Assembly (NCBI GenBank): GCA_016716405.1
Contig: JADJWK010000001.1
Span: 678,713 to 742,712, forward strand
Direction: 5' to 3'
DNA from: Candidatus Melainabacteria bacterium
Lineage (GTDB): Bacteria; Cyanobacteriota; Vampirovibrionia; Obscuribacterales; Obscuribacteraceae
Length of the DNA: 64,000 nt
Shown here: positions 10,209 to 20,223 of the stretch, piece by piece
Numbering within the stretch: the first letter of the stretch is position 1
How the letters are laid out: each line of letters begins with the position of its first letter
Made by a program: the position numbers and the translations under genes
The notes under the pieces: generated by a model
Told to the model about the DNA's origin: nothing
The model's input: only the letters and a program-made list of their open reading frames with translations
Database searches by the model: none

Positions 10209-11337
10209 TCAGAGGATTGCTTCTACCCCGTCAGCGCTAGCTTTATGGCGAAGGTAGGAATCGATAAATTGATCCAGGTCGCCATTCAGGACGGCCTCGA
10301 CATGGGGGGTCTCGGTCCTGGTTCGATTGTCCTTCACCATCCGGTCATCGAGCACGTACGAGCGTATGGCGTTTCCGAAAGAAGCTTGTACTGACTCGCC
10401 TTTCAGTCTTGCCAGCTCTTCCTCTCTTTCGGCGTGCTTGATCGCCAGGAGTTTCGAGCGGAGAAGCTCCATGGCCAGAGCGCGATTCTGTAGCTGGCTC
10501 CGCTCCTGCTGGCACTTGACGGCGATGCCGGTGGGTAAATGGACGATCCGGACAGCGGTCTCCACCTTGTTGACGTTCTGTCCGCCGGCTCCCCCGGAGC
10601 GCATGGTCTCGACCTCGATCTCATCGTCGGCAATCTCGATGAGGGATTCTATGTCATTCATGATCGGGGTCACGTCAACCGCTGCGAAGCTCGTCTGGCG
10701 GCTGTCGTTGCCAGCCTTGAAAGGGGACTTCCGGACCAGTCTGTGGACGCCTTTCTCGCAGGACATGTAGCCGTAGGCGAAAGGTCCCTCCACTTTGAAA
10801 GTGGCGCTCTTGAGACCGGCCTCCTCTCCAGGTGATTTGTCGATGATCTCGGTCTTGTAGCCTTTTACCTCGCACCATCTCAGGTACATGCGCAGGAGCA
10901 TCTCCGCCCAGTCCTGGGCGTCGGTGCCCCCGGCGCCGGCGTTGATGGTGACGATGGCGGAGGACTCGTCATACTCGCCGGATAGCAGGCGCTCGAGCTC
11001 ATAGCGCTCGAGATCGCGGTTGAGCCGATCCACCCCTTCTTTGATCTCTTTGACCACCGATTCGTCGTCTTCCTCGAGTCCCAGGTCGGCAAGGACTTTC
11101 AGATCCTCTGTGCTGGACAGCCAGGAGTCGTACATTTCCAGGGTCTTCTGCAGGCGGCTGAGAGCCCTGGTCGTTTGCTGGGCGGATTTCTGGTCTTGCC
11201 AGAAATCCGGATCCTGGGTCTCATTCTCCAGCTCGGCAATCTTTTCTTTTATAGAGTCAGGGTCAAAGATACTGGCTGACTTTCGTCAACCGCTCCTCGA
11301 TGGCATCCAGCTCTTTTCTCAAATCGGACAGCATCAT
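10209..11337 (-). CDS. prfB: Peptide chain release factor 2, expressed via programmed +1 ribosomal frameshift
   Basis: ORF 10209..11135 carries the GGQ motif and RF2 body. Upstream frame from ATG at 11337 encodes [24 protein letters not shown] then in-frame UGA within CTT TGA C (11269..11263). A +1 shift continues [14 protein letters not shown]... into the main ORF. Confidence 0.9.
11263..11269 (-). promoter_or_regulatory. prfB: prfB programmed +1 frameshift site CUU UGA C
   Basis: Canonical autoregulatory RF2 frameshift heptamer read directly on the minus strand. Confidence 0.85.
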
Positions 11338-11408
11338 GACAAACCTTTTCCAAGTCATCAGACATATTATATTGTTCTGGACTCAGCGGCCATGGAATAA
11401 GTAGGAAG

Positions 11409-12587
11409 ATGACGCGCTCGATCTGGCTGGACCAAACTGACGAACGACCCGGCAGGGGCGAATCGGGGCGTGCCGATGTCGTAATCGTCGGCGGAGGGCT
11501 TCTCGGCGCCTGTCTTGCTTATCATCTTTCCCGGCGACCGGGGCTTTCGGTGATCTTGCTCGAGTCCGGAGTGCTGGCCGGCGCTTCCTCCGGGCGCAAC
11601 GCCGGTTTCGTCCTGCGGGGGATTCAGACCTATTACAACGAATGTGTGAGACGATTCGGTAGGGACAGGGCGCAGTCCATATATTCTTTCGTTCAGGAAA
11701 GCCAGTCCATGCTGCGGGAATTCGCCGAGAAAGAAGGCATCGCTGTCGATGCCCGGGGGTCTTACCTTCTGGCTGCTTCCATCGAGGAGCTCGAGGAGCT
11801 GGAGGAGTCCAGCCAGCTTATGAAGGAAGACGGATTCGAAGTGGAGTTCTTGAAAGACGATCCCCTGGACCGTGACTATTACGGCGCTCTCTATAATCCC
11901 TGTGATTTCGGCATCAATCCGGTGCAGCTGGCGCGGCGGCTCCTGGCATCGGCCTCCGAGCAGGGCCGGCTTACGGTGCTCGAGGGAGAGCATGTTCTAC
12001 GAGTCACCAGGGACGGCCGGGAGGGTGCCCTGACAGTCCACAGCGTCGGGGGTACTTATCATTGCGACCGGGTCCTTTTCGCCACCAACGCTTTCAGCTG
12101 CCTGATCGATGACTGGTTCGAGGGCAAGTTCCACACGGTACGGGGTCAGATCCTGGTCACCGAGCCTCTCGAGAAGGAAGTGGTGGACCGGCTCTGTTAT
12201 GCCAATTATGGCTGGGTTTATTTCAGGCAGCTTCCGGACCGGCGTTTGCTCCTGGGAGGCAGGCGGCAGCTTTTCCTCGATGAGGAGGTGGGTTATGCCG
12301 ATATCATCACGCCATCGGTGCAGGCAGCCCTGGAGGACTATCTCCGGGACTATTTCCCCGAGGTGGTAGGGGCCGCCATAGACTATCGCTTTTCCGGTGT
12401 CATGGCATACACCGGAGACGGCTTGCCGCTTCTGGGAGAGCATCCGGAATTGAAGGGCTTATTCTTCGCCCTGGCTTTCAATGGTCATGGTCTCGGTTAT
12501 GCCATGAAAGTGGCGTCGCATCTCATATCCGTGGCTCTGGACGGAGCCGAGCCCGGCCTCTTCGATGCCGCCAGAGATCAGTCCTAG
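11409..12587 (+). CDS. FAD-dependent oxidoreductase (DAO family, glycine/D-amino-acid oxidase-like)
   Basis: N-terminal dinucleotide-binding motif VVIVGGGLLGACLAYHL...GRNAGFV. 392 aa. Confidence 0.8.
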   Translation: MTRSIWLDQTDERPGRGESGRADVVIVGGGLLGACLAYHLSRRPGLSVILLESGVLAGASSGRNAGFVLRGIQTYYNECVRRFGRDRAQSIYSFVQESQSMLREFAEKEGIAVDARGSYLLAASIEELEELEESSQLMKEDGFEVEFLKDDPLDRDYYGALYNPCDFGINPVQLARRLLASASEQGRLTVLEGEHVLRVTRDGREGALTVHSVGGTYHCDRVLFATNAFSCLIDDWFEGKFHTVRGQILVTEPLEKEVVDRLCYANYGWVYFRQLPDRRLLLGGRRQLFLDEEVGYADIITPSVQAALEDYLRDYFPEVVGAAIDYRFSGVMAYTGDGLPLLGEHPELKGLFFALAFNGHGLGYAMKVASHLISVALDGAEPGLFDAARDQS

Positions 12588-13726
12588 AGCAGGTGCGATG
12601 CCGGCTCGAAAGGCGAGTAGCCGTCGTCGTTGGGAATGACGCGCTGGCCTCCGACGAGCATGCCGGGCTTGGGGACTGACACTCCGCCTACCTTGACATC
12701 GACCGTGAGAACACAGGGAACATTGTCCAGTGCCGGGACGATGATGGCTATCGAAGATTCGCTGCAGGAGTTTATGGTCGCGGTGTTTCCATTGACCCTT
12801 ACCTCTATGTCTTTTCTGTCTTTAGAGAAATTCTTGCCGCTTATTGTGAGGATGCCACCCGGGTTGACGCTTACCATGTCCATTGAGGTGATCTCCGGCT
12901 TGCCGGCGATGGTGAGGGTGAAGGTCTTCATTTTCTGACCGGATACGGTGATTTCGACAGACTTGTCTTTGCCTGCCTTCAACTTGTCCGGGACCGTGAA
13001 TTCGATGAACTTGGGATCAGCCTTGCTGACTTCTGCGAGCTGTCCATCGACTTTGACTGTGATTGCTTTCTTGTCTTCAGGAAGATTTTTGCCGTTGGCT
13101 TTCACCTTGTCTCCGGCACCGGCGCGGGTAGGAGCCAGCCCGGTGATGCTGGGCTCCGCGGTGGTGGAGATCTGCCATTTGAATGCCGACCCGGCTGCTC
13201 CAAAGGCCTGGAATATGATCTGGGTGGAGCCGGAGGTCAGAGCGTTGGAAAGATCCATGGACAGGGTCGGCTTGCCTTTGAAATCAGCTTCCTTGAAAAG
13301 ATCACGTCCGGCCAGGGTGGCTCTCAGCCCTCTCAGGGGCTTGGTGCCGGAGCTGCCGTTCAGGACGCCCAGAGTGAGGGGGAGAAGCTCCTGTCCGGGT
13401 TGAAGAACTATGTAGTCGGCGAATTGCTCCCATTTGCCGCCGCCGGCGCAGACATGCTGTTTCGGCTTGACGATCAGGGCAGGCTTTTTCTTGGCTGTCT
13501 TGGTGCTGGTTTTGCCGGTATCTTTGGAATCTTTAGCGTCGGAGGCCTTGCCGTCGGCGTTTTTCTGATTGGCACTGCTGGTAGTGGCGGTTTTCACTTC
13601 TTGAGGCGCTTTTTCCTTGCCGTAGGTCTGGATGTACGGCGATTGAGCCCGGGCGGTCAGACCGCCTGCCGCAATCATTGCTACGGAAAGAGCCACTATA
13701 GATTTGAGTGATTTGCCTGCTAGCAT
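12584..13726 (-). CDS. Secreted protein with repeated IPT/TIG-like Ig-fold domains and Lys/Thr-rich linker
   Basis: Signal peptide MLAGKSLKSIVALSVAMIAAGGLTARAQS. Repeated ~80-aa beta-rich modules (…ITVSGQKMKTFTLTIAGKPEITS…, …ISGKNFSKDRKDIEVRVNGNTATINSCSESSIAIIVP…). Confidence 0.65.
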   Translation of the reverse strand: MLAGKSLKSIVALSVAMIAAGGLTARAQSPYIQTYGKEKAPQEVKTATTSSANQKNADGKASDAKDSKDTGKTSTKTAKKKPALIVKPKQHVCAGGGKWEQFADYIVLQPGQELLPLTLGVLNGSSGTKPLRGLRATLAGRDLFKEADFKGKPTLSMDLSNALTSGSTQIIFQAFGAAGSAFKWQISTTAEPSITGLAPTRAGAGDKVKANGKNLPEDKKAITVKVDGQLAEVSKADPKFIEFTVPDKLKAGKDKSVEITVSGQKMKTFTLTIAGKPEITSMDMVSVNPGGILTISGKNFSKDRKDIEVRVNGNTATINSCSESSIAIIVPALDNVPCVLTVDVKVGGVSVPKPGMLVGGQRVIPNDDGYSPFEPASHLL

Positions 13727-13815
13727 TTTCGCTAATTTCCTTTTCGATTAGACCGGACAGGGTCATTATAGATTCTTGCGCGGTCTTTTGCAGAAAACGG
13801 CTGCTGACATCCGGC

Positions 13816-14820
13816 TCAAAAAGTAACTGTTTCTTTGTGTCCGAGGAGGAACTCATCGATGTCGGCTGATGTGGGGAGAGCCGGTATGGCGCCGGCTTTC
13901 GTGCAGGCCAAACCGCCGATGGCGTTGGCCCGTTTGACGATGTTCTCCAGGGTGTTCAAGTCCAGTCCGTTGAGAGTGGCTTTACGGTCTTTGCTATCTT
14001 TTATATGACTGAGGAGCCCGGCGAGAATACCGGCATTGAATCCGTCCCCGGCGCCAGTGGCTTCCACCAGCTTGATAGAGAAGCCGGGTATGGTCCTGGC
14101 GGTCTTGGGAGTAGCAAAGAAGGCTCCTCTCGAGTCCAGGGTTATGATGAAGAGACTGAGGCCATTCTCTGATCGGAGCTTCTCGGCTTCTTTCAGGTCG
14201 GTTTTTCCGGTGAGAAACTCGAGCTCCGGTTCGTTGATCTTGACTATGTCTGCCCATGACAGCGAGTCGAGAATTGCTTTGCGGCAGGCTTCCGGCGAAG
14301 GCCAGAGGCTGAGACGTACATTAGGATCATAAGATATGAGCATGCCATTTTCCCTGGCCAGCTCGACTGCTCGCCTGGTAGCCGAGCGCGCCGGCTCCTC
14401 GATCAGCGAGATCGAGCCGAAATGGAGGACCGACGCGTTCTTGAAGAGCTCCGGCTTGAGGTCCTCGGCGGTGAGTCTCGTGTCCGCGCAGGAAATTCGC
14501 GAGAATTCGGCCAGTTTCCGATCCCCGGTGGAGGTGGTGACGACATAAGCCATGCGGGTCTGGGCCTGGCTGTCTTCAATGGTACAGTCGACGTTGATGC
14601 CGTTCTCCCTCAGGACGGATTTGAGCCAGATCCCGAACTCGTCCTTGGAGACTCGACCGATGAAAGCCGTATCGACGCCCTGCCTTGCCAGGCCGACCGC
14701 GGTGTTGGCCGGCGCTCCGCCAGGAGCCTTGGTAAAGGATTCGGCATCCGGGAGCTCGGCACCGACAGTGGTGCACACCCAGTCCACCAGAATCTCCCCG
14801 AGACAAAGTACGTCGGACAT
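13816..14820 (-). CDS. PfkB-family carbohydrate kinase (fructokinase/ribokinase-like)
   Basis: N-terminal LCLGEILVDW…GGAPAN and C-terminal GAGDGFNAG motifs of the ribokinase/PfkB superfamily. Confidence 0.85.
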   Translation of the reverse strand: MSDVLCLGEILVDWVCTTVGAELPDAESFTKAPGGAPANTAVGLARQGVDTAFIGRVSKDEFGIWLKSVLRENGINVDCTIEDSQAQTRMAYVVTTSTGDRKLAEFSRISCADTRLTAEDLKPELFKNASVLHFGSISLIEEPARSATRRAVELARENGMLISYDPNVRLSLWPSPEACRKAILDSLSWADIVKINEPELEFLTGKTDLKEAEKLRSENGLSLFIITLDSRGAFFATPKTARTIPGFSIKLVEATGAGDGFNAGILAGLLSHIKDSKDRKATLNGLDLNTLENIVKRANAIGGLACTKAGAIPALPTSADIDEFLLGHKETVTF

Positions 14821-15249
14821 GTTTTATCTCCTTTGAGTTACTTGCAGTATACCCGCCAAAGCCTGATCCCGTAACGGTCTTGTTCAATTAGGCCAGGTTG
14901 GCTACGCAAGCTGCGCCAACCTGGATGGACCGAACAAGTCAAGAATTAAGGAGCCGGTTCTCCGGTGCGGTTTTATTGACGTCAAGAGGAAAAGGCAGGC
15001 CTGTGCATGTATTGCAGGATGCTGCCCGATTCCTGGCCGAATCCTGCCCGAATCCTCGCGGGTCTCTGGTTTGTTGCACGAGCTTTCCGGTAGGCCTAGG
15101 GTAGAAATATCTCGCAATATCAATCTCAGATCAGGCACAGGGCAACAAACCAGGCAAATTCTCCCGACTTTTCCACGATGCTCCTCGAGCGTCCGGTTTG
15201 GCCCGTGCCCTCAATCCACCTGATGGTGATCGTCGAAAGGAGACACGTC

Positions 15250-15768
15250 ATGAAAAAGCAAAATGACGGCACCATCACCCTCAGGCAGCTCCGTAACTGG
15301 TGCTCCGAGGCGCATGGTGCCCAGACTTACGGAGAGTTTCCGTATTCCTTCCATCTCAGCGCCGTGGAAGCAGTGGCAATTCGTTTCGGCTTCCGCAGCA
15401 GGACCGTTCGAATGGCATGCTGGGCTCACGACGTTCTGGAGGATACGGCAAGGAAATCAAAGGATATGCTGTCAGCCGGATTTCCCCGGCGGGTAGTGAG
15501 CATCGCTGAAGCCGTCACCGACGAGCCTGGCGATACCCGCGAAGAAAGAAAGCAGAAGACCTATCCGAAAATCGCCGGAGACAGGCTGGCTATCATCGTG
15601 AAGTTGTGCGACCGGATTGCCAATGTCGAGAGTTCGCGTATGCGCTCGAGACGCAAGTACCGGCGCTATCAAGAGGAGCACCGAAGCTTCAAGGCTCACC
15701 TCTTCAACCCGCGCGATCGCAAGCTGTTGCCGCTCTGGCAGCACCTGGAGAGGATTCTGGAAGGTTAG
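15250..15768 (+). CDS. Small HD-domain hydrolase, RelA/SpoT-type (p)ppGpp hydrolase-like (small alarmone hydrolase candidate)
   Basis: HDVLEDT motif (HD of the SpoT hydrolase family). Start moved to ATG 15250 (MKKQNDG) with AAGGAG RBS. ~172 aa with no synthetase domain. Confidence 0.7.
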   Translation: MKKQNDGTITLRQLRNWCSEAHGAQTYGEFPYSFHLSAVEAVAIRFGFRSRTVRMACWAHDVLEDTARKSKDMLSAGFPRRVVSIAEAVTDEPGDTREERKQKTYPKIAGDRLAIIVKLCDRIANVESSRMRSRRKYRRYQEEHRSFKAHLFNPRDRKLLPLWQHLERILEG

Positions 15769-16208
15769 ACAAGTGATCGGGAGCGCATCCCGGTCTCTTG
15801 CTCTCCATCCTGATCCTCTTCATTTTTCCGATTGTCTAACTGTAGAGAATAGTAAGTGCCGGAAAGAGCTATCTGCGCCTGACACTGTAACAGATACCGG
15901 TCTTTCCAGGGCTGTGCTCAACCAGGTCCTGGTTTGCCCTGGCTCGAATCAGGGCTGTGACTGGCATTTCAGGCCCGGCCGCAGTTAGCGCGAACGGTTA
16001 AACATTAGCGCGGGTGCGCCAGGCTGGCTTCGAGCTGGTCAGCGCATAATCCGTAAATCTTCTTGAGCGGTACCGAGGCCGGCAATAAGCTCCAGTCTTA
16101 TCTCAATCAACAGCTCTCGATGCAGGAGGAATCAGGAAAAAACAAGAACGTCTGTAATCCGAGACACTCGCATCCCAACATTTAGCAAACGAAGAGGAGC
16201 CAGGCTCT

Positions 16209-17432
16209 ATGAGTCGAACCCATGGTAATGATTTTCACTTGCTTCTGAGCGAGCTTGCCGCTCTGGTCGAAGAGGCGACCCGGTTGCTTGCGGTCCTCGC
16301 CGGTCTCGTCGAGGCATGCAAGCGGGTAGATGCCGAGATCGAGCCGTCCGCCTGGACTGATCTGATCGAGCAGAATCTGGGCGACCAGAGAGGGCTGGAC
16401 ATCGTTTCGGCTAGCCGTCTCGAGACCGTGCTCAGACATCAGGCGGTTTATTACAGCTATCACTCCCGGCGCCACGAGCTACGTGCTGTGCGGGATCGCA
16501 TTGTCGGTCTCGAGAAACAGCTCATCGCCATGCTCGCCGATCCTTCTGTCGTGGCGCCCGGGTCTGAATGGCGAACGGTGATCATAGCCGCTCTGCTCGC
16601 CGCCGACGAAGCGGCAGCAGCCAGCCCTTCTTACGAAGGCACTATGCCCTGTCCCCTGGATATGGACCGGGATCACTTCAGTCTCGTGGCGATCAAGAAG
16701 GCATTTGCCGACCTGATCAAGTATCTGGACAAGCGACCTCAGCGCAAATGCCGTGCCATGAGCCTGACCACCAGTCTGAAAGGGCTCTATTCCTGCAGGC
16801 CTGCAGTCTTGCCGGAAGCGCTCGGTGAGGATGGAGCGGTCCGGGAGATGCGGCAGGTCGCCGGCCTTGCTTTCGTTGATACTGCTAGTGGTGAGCATCC
16901 GCATCTGGCCGCTCTGCCCGCCCGCTTGAAGGAGCTCAGGGACCTGGTGGAAGCAGCCAATCGGGCCGCCGAGCAGTTTCGCAAAGGCGCCAAGGCTGAG
17001 CTGAACGAACGCGACTACGCCCGGCGTCTCGTGGAGGTGCTGGATGCGGGTCTCAGCGACTTCCCTCCCCTCGAGAGCCGCCAGCGCCAGGAGCAGAGCC
17101 GGTATGCCTACGAGAAGTCCAGGAACGCGGTGCTTCTGGCGGTTATGAAGGCGGAGAGCGCTCGCCTGGAAGTGGTTGAGGGTCTCCTGGCAGCGGCGGC
17201 GGAGACCGAGGCTCTGGACGGCGAGATCGAGCGCGATCACCGGGCTACCTGTGAAAAGCTCTTCACTCGCCGCCTCGCTATCCTCCTCTGTCTCGAGGCC
17301 GATGTGCTCATCAGAGAAGCTGGCCGGTGTCTGTCTGCCGCCTACCAGGTTGTCCAGGACGATGTCTCGGACGGACGAGGCAAAGCTGCCCTGGAAGCCC
17401 GATTCTCAGAAGTCGTTAAACGCTTGAGCTGA
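16209..17432 (+). CDS. Hypothetical all-alpha protein (407 aa)
   Basis: Long ORF with GC3-rich codon usage, followed by a clean rho-independent terminator. No recognisable motif. Confidence 0.6.
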   Translation: MSRTHGNDFHLLLSELAALVEEATRLLAVLAGLVEACKRVDAEIEPSAWTDLIEQNLGDQRGLDIVSASRLETVLRHQAVYYSYHSRRHELRAVRDRIVGLEKQLIAMLADPSVVAPGSEWRTVIIAALLAADEAAAASPSYEGTMPCPLDMDRDHFSLVAIKKAFADLIKYLDKRPQRKCRAMSLTTSLKGLYSCRPAVLPEALGEDGAVREMRQVAGLAFVDTASGEHPHLAALPARLKELRDLVEAANRAAEQFRKGAKAELNERDYARRLVEVLDAGLSDFPPLESRQRQEQSRYAYEKSRNAVLLAVMKAESARLEVVEGLLAAAAETEALDGEIERDHRATCEKLFTRRLAILLCLEADVLIREAGRCLSAAYQVVQDDVSDGRGKAALEARFSEVVKRLS

Positions 17433-17437
17433 TTTCG

Positions 17438-17480
17438 ATCGGGACCGAATCAAGTATTCGGTCCCGATTTTTCTTGTTTT
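17438..17480 (+). terminator. Rho-independent terminator (12-bp perfect stem ATCGGGACCGAA/TTCGGTCCCGAT + U-tract)
   Basis: atcgggaccgaa tcaagta ttcggtcccgat tttttcttgtttt directly after the stop of the 16209..17432 gene. Confidence 0.85.
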
Positions 17481-17581
17481 GAAAAATACTATAACGCATA
17501 AAAGAAAATGTCTCGAAAAGAGAAAGCAGTGGATCTTCGCCGGCAACCGGCCGGTTTGAGATCCACTGCTTTCAATCAAGC

Positions 17582-18427
17582 TCAGGCGGAATGCTCGTCC
17601 ATGTTATCCATGGCTTCGCAAGGGTTGTCCGCGGCGGCGCTGAAATCGACATTGCCGGCGTTGCGCTTGCGACGGATCAGCCTGTTGATCACACGCTCCT
17701 CGACCTCGAGCCAGTTGCCCGACCGGAAGAGACGGAACTTGCTTTCCGGGAACCGGTCGTTTGGTCCGGCAAGGCTGGTCTCCAGGGGCAGATAGACGAA
17801 GTTGGTCTTCGCCAGGGCCGCCCCGTCGGAGCGCACGCTATTGCCGATGAACGCCGAGTAGCGCGGGTGCACATCCAGGTCTTCGATATATTCACCGACC
17901 AGCTCAGCCTTGTTCTCGTTGAGGGTGATGATGATGTCGTCGAAGACCGAGGCGAGCCCGCTCTGGCGAATCTTGTACTTCTGCGCTTCCCTGCTTCCCA
18001 CAGTCACGGCGACGATGAGGAAGTTGTGGCGAGCGCGGGTGAGTACCGGCAGAGCATTTGGAAAGAGCTCCGGCTGGTTGAAGAAAGGGGCGCTGCCGAT
18101 ACGCTGGCAGATCAGTGCCACTTCCCGGTTCTGGCGCTTCCCGAAGGTCTTGCACAGGATTCCGTAGGCTTCGGCGATGGCTTTGCCGAAATTCTCGCGT
18201 TCGAAGCCGCGGTGAGGCATGGAGCCGTAATATGACTGCTCGAGGGTTTGCCGGGCGATCTTCTTGTCGAAGCCGCACAGCGCCATGAGCGTCGCAAACT
18301 CGTTGACGGCGGAGTCGAAGTACTTCTGGCACTCCATTACCGTCCCGTCAATGTCAACAAACAAGGCAGCGATCTTGCCACCCGGAGCACACATGTTGCG
18401 CTCGGGAGTGTGGCAGTTCTTTCTCAT
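17582..18427 (-). CDS. HAD-superfamily hydrolase
   Basis: Motif I FVDIDGT (DxDxT) near the N-terminus. 281 aa. Confidence 0.75.
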   Translation of the reverse strand: MRKNCHTPERNMCAPGGKIAALFVDIDGTVMECQKYFDSAVNEFATLMALCGFDKKIARQTLEQSYYGSMPHRGFERENFGKAIAEAYGILCKTFGKRQNREVALICQRIGSAPFFNQPELFPNALPVLTRARHNFLIVAVTVGSREAQKYKIRQSGLASVFDDIIITLNENKAELVGEYIEDLDVHPRYSAFIGNSVRSDGAALAKTNFVYLPLETSLAGPNDRFPESKFRLFRSGNWLEVEERVINRLIRRKRNAGNVDFSAAADNPCEAMDNMDEHSA

Positions 18428-18782
18428 CTTGGTTTCCTTTTTCTCTTTGCTGAAAACTTCAGGTACAGCTCCAACCCGCCAGTATCCATACGCGCTGGTT
18501 CCATAGGCTTCTCCCGCCTGACCGCTGGTCGGGGAAAAGATGAGACGGCTCGTTTAGATGAGTACTTTGGGTCTAAGTCCTGAATTCAAAAATAAAATGA
18601 CAACTAGAAACTAGAACACCGGTGCCTGATGAAATAAGGTGGTAGTCAAGGGTTGGAGGCGATTGCGGTTTTGTTTCGACCGCCTGACAACAGCGTCAAA
18701 GCAGCAAATCCGGGCATTCTGCTGGAAATGCACCACTGGCGGTTCAACAATTGTTGCCTGTCGGGCAGCTAGCGCAGCCTGT

Positions 18783-19409
18783 TTACTTGAAGGCCTTGAT
18801 CTGGCTGAAGAAGGCTTTGGCAGCCTCGACATCGATGGGACGATCGTTGTCGCTGTTCAGAGCCATGAGCAGGAAGACTTTCTCGTTGCTGGGCATCACA
18901 CAACCGAGCAGCGCTGGCATATCGGTTCCTTTCGAATTGAGGACTCCGGTGAGATAGGGCATCTCGATTCCGGCTACCGGCATGGTTCCTTTGTCCTTTA
19001 CCGCCATTGAGCTTGTTTCGCCGGATCCGGTGGGAACCCGGCTGGCGATCTGCTCGACCATCTCTTCGGCGGTGACTTTTTCTTTCTCGGCTTTCATCTT
19101 GATGAATGAGTAGGTCGTCTTTGTTGTTTCGTCCTCCACCGAAGCGAGAGTGAAGAAACCGGCGATATCGAAGCCCATGGTGTATTTGTAGTCCTCTCCC
19201 AGGGGCTCCTCGAAAACAACCAGACCGTCGACTAATTTTTTGACGTTCTCAGGATTTGTCGCTTGAGAGCTGAAGTTCCAGAGGAATATGGCGCCCAGAC
19301 CGAGCCCACCGATAGTCAGTATGAAGAGGGCGACCAGGACCCCAATCAGCCATTTGGCCCAGGTAGCCAGGCCGAAATTGTTTCTCGTTTGCCGTCGCAC
19401 TTGCATCAT
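18783..19409 (-). CDS. Membrane-anchored hypothetical protein (N-terminal TM, periplasmic domain)
   Basis: N-terminal hydrophobic helix WLIGVLVALFILTIGGLGLGAIFLW. 208 aa. Confidence 0.55.
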   Translation of the reverse strand: MMQVRRQTRNNFGLATWAKWLIGVLVALFILTIGGLGLGAIFLWNFSSQATNPENVKKLVDGLVVFEEPLGEDYKYTMGFDIAGFFTLASVEDETTKTTYSFIKMKAEKEKVTAEEMVEQIASRVPTGSGETSSMAVKDKGTMPVAGIEMPYLTGVLNSKGTDMPALLGCVMPSNEKVFLLMALNSDNDRPIDVEAAKAFFSQIKAFK

Positions 19410-19879
19410 ATTTTCCTCTGAGAGTCAGAAAGCCGCATGCCAGGGCAAGTTTAGCACCTGTAAACAGTACTGTGATAGTTCAGCCATGTCCGCCTTCGCG
19501 CTAGCTTCTGGCAACCCCTCCGGGAATTCGTATATACGGGTGTTTCGCTCGAGTCTTTGTTCGCGGGCACTCCGGATATGCGATGGATGTTTTTCAAGGG
19601 GGCGCCGGGCCTTGCTTATACATTGCCTTTATTTTTTGCGCTAGGGACTCTCCTGTTACATAGCTTTAGCCGGAGCCCATTTCATTGATTCGGTATTTCC
19701 GGATCAGTTTCACTTCAGGAGCATTCTGTTCGTTCTGCGATTTATTCCTTTTTTTTCGAAAAGCCTTCCAAACACTCAAGTTTTCTTCCGGCCGCTTCCG
19801 ATTTCATCGGGCGTCTCAAGGCAGCTTGCTCGTGAATGTCGGCTTTTCGATTCTCAACAACTTTTCTAGGGGAACGAAA

Positions 19880-20203
19880 ATGAGTCAAGTAATCCATGTG
19901 GACGAGTCGAATTTTCCGTCGGTTGTCGTGGAATCCGACATTCCGGTGGTTCTGGATTTCTATGCGCCCTGGTGCGGACCCTGCCGCCGCCTGGCGCCGG
20001 AGCTGGACAAGCTCGCTGTCGAATTCGCCGGTTCGGTGAAGATCGTCAAAGTCAATGTCGACGAGAACTCGAAACTCGCCGACGCATATCAGGTCCGTGG
20101 TCTGCCCACCATTCTCTTCATGAAGGACGGCGAGGTCGTGGACCAGCATGCCGGACTTCTCAGCCTGGCTCAGCTCCGATCTTACGTGCTGCGCCTTCAA
20201 TAA
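19880..20203 (+). CDS. trxA: Thioredoxin
   Basis: WCGPC active site. ~107 aa from ATG 19880 (MSQVIHVDESNF…). The longer track ORF 19685 has an implausible N-extension. Confidence 0.9.
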   Translation: MSQVIHVDESNFPSVVVESDIPVVLDFYAPWCGPCRRLAPELDKLAVEFAGSVKIVKVNVDENSKLADAYQVRGLPTILFMKDGEVVDQHAGLLSLAQLRSYVLRLQ

Positions 20204-20223
20204 GCCCGAGAAAGGGAGTCCGG

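Noticed and set aside
19685-19879. N-terminal 65-aa extension of thioredoxin in the track ORF
   Set aside because: The extension is Phe/Ser/Arg-rich with no RBS. An internal ATG at 19880 gives a canonical 107-aa thioredoxin.
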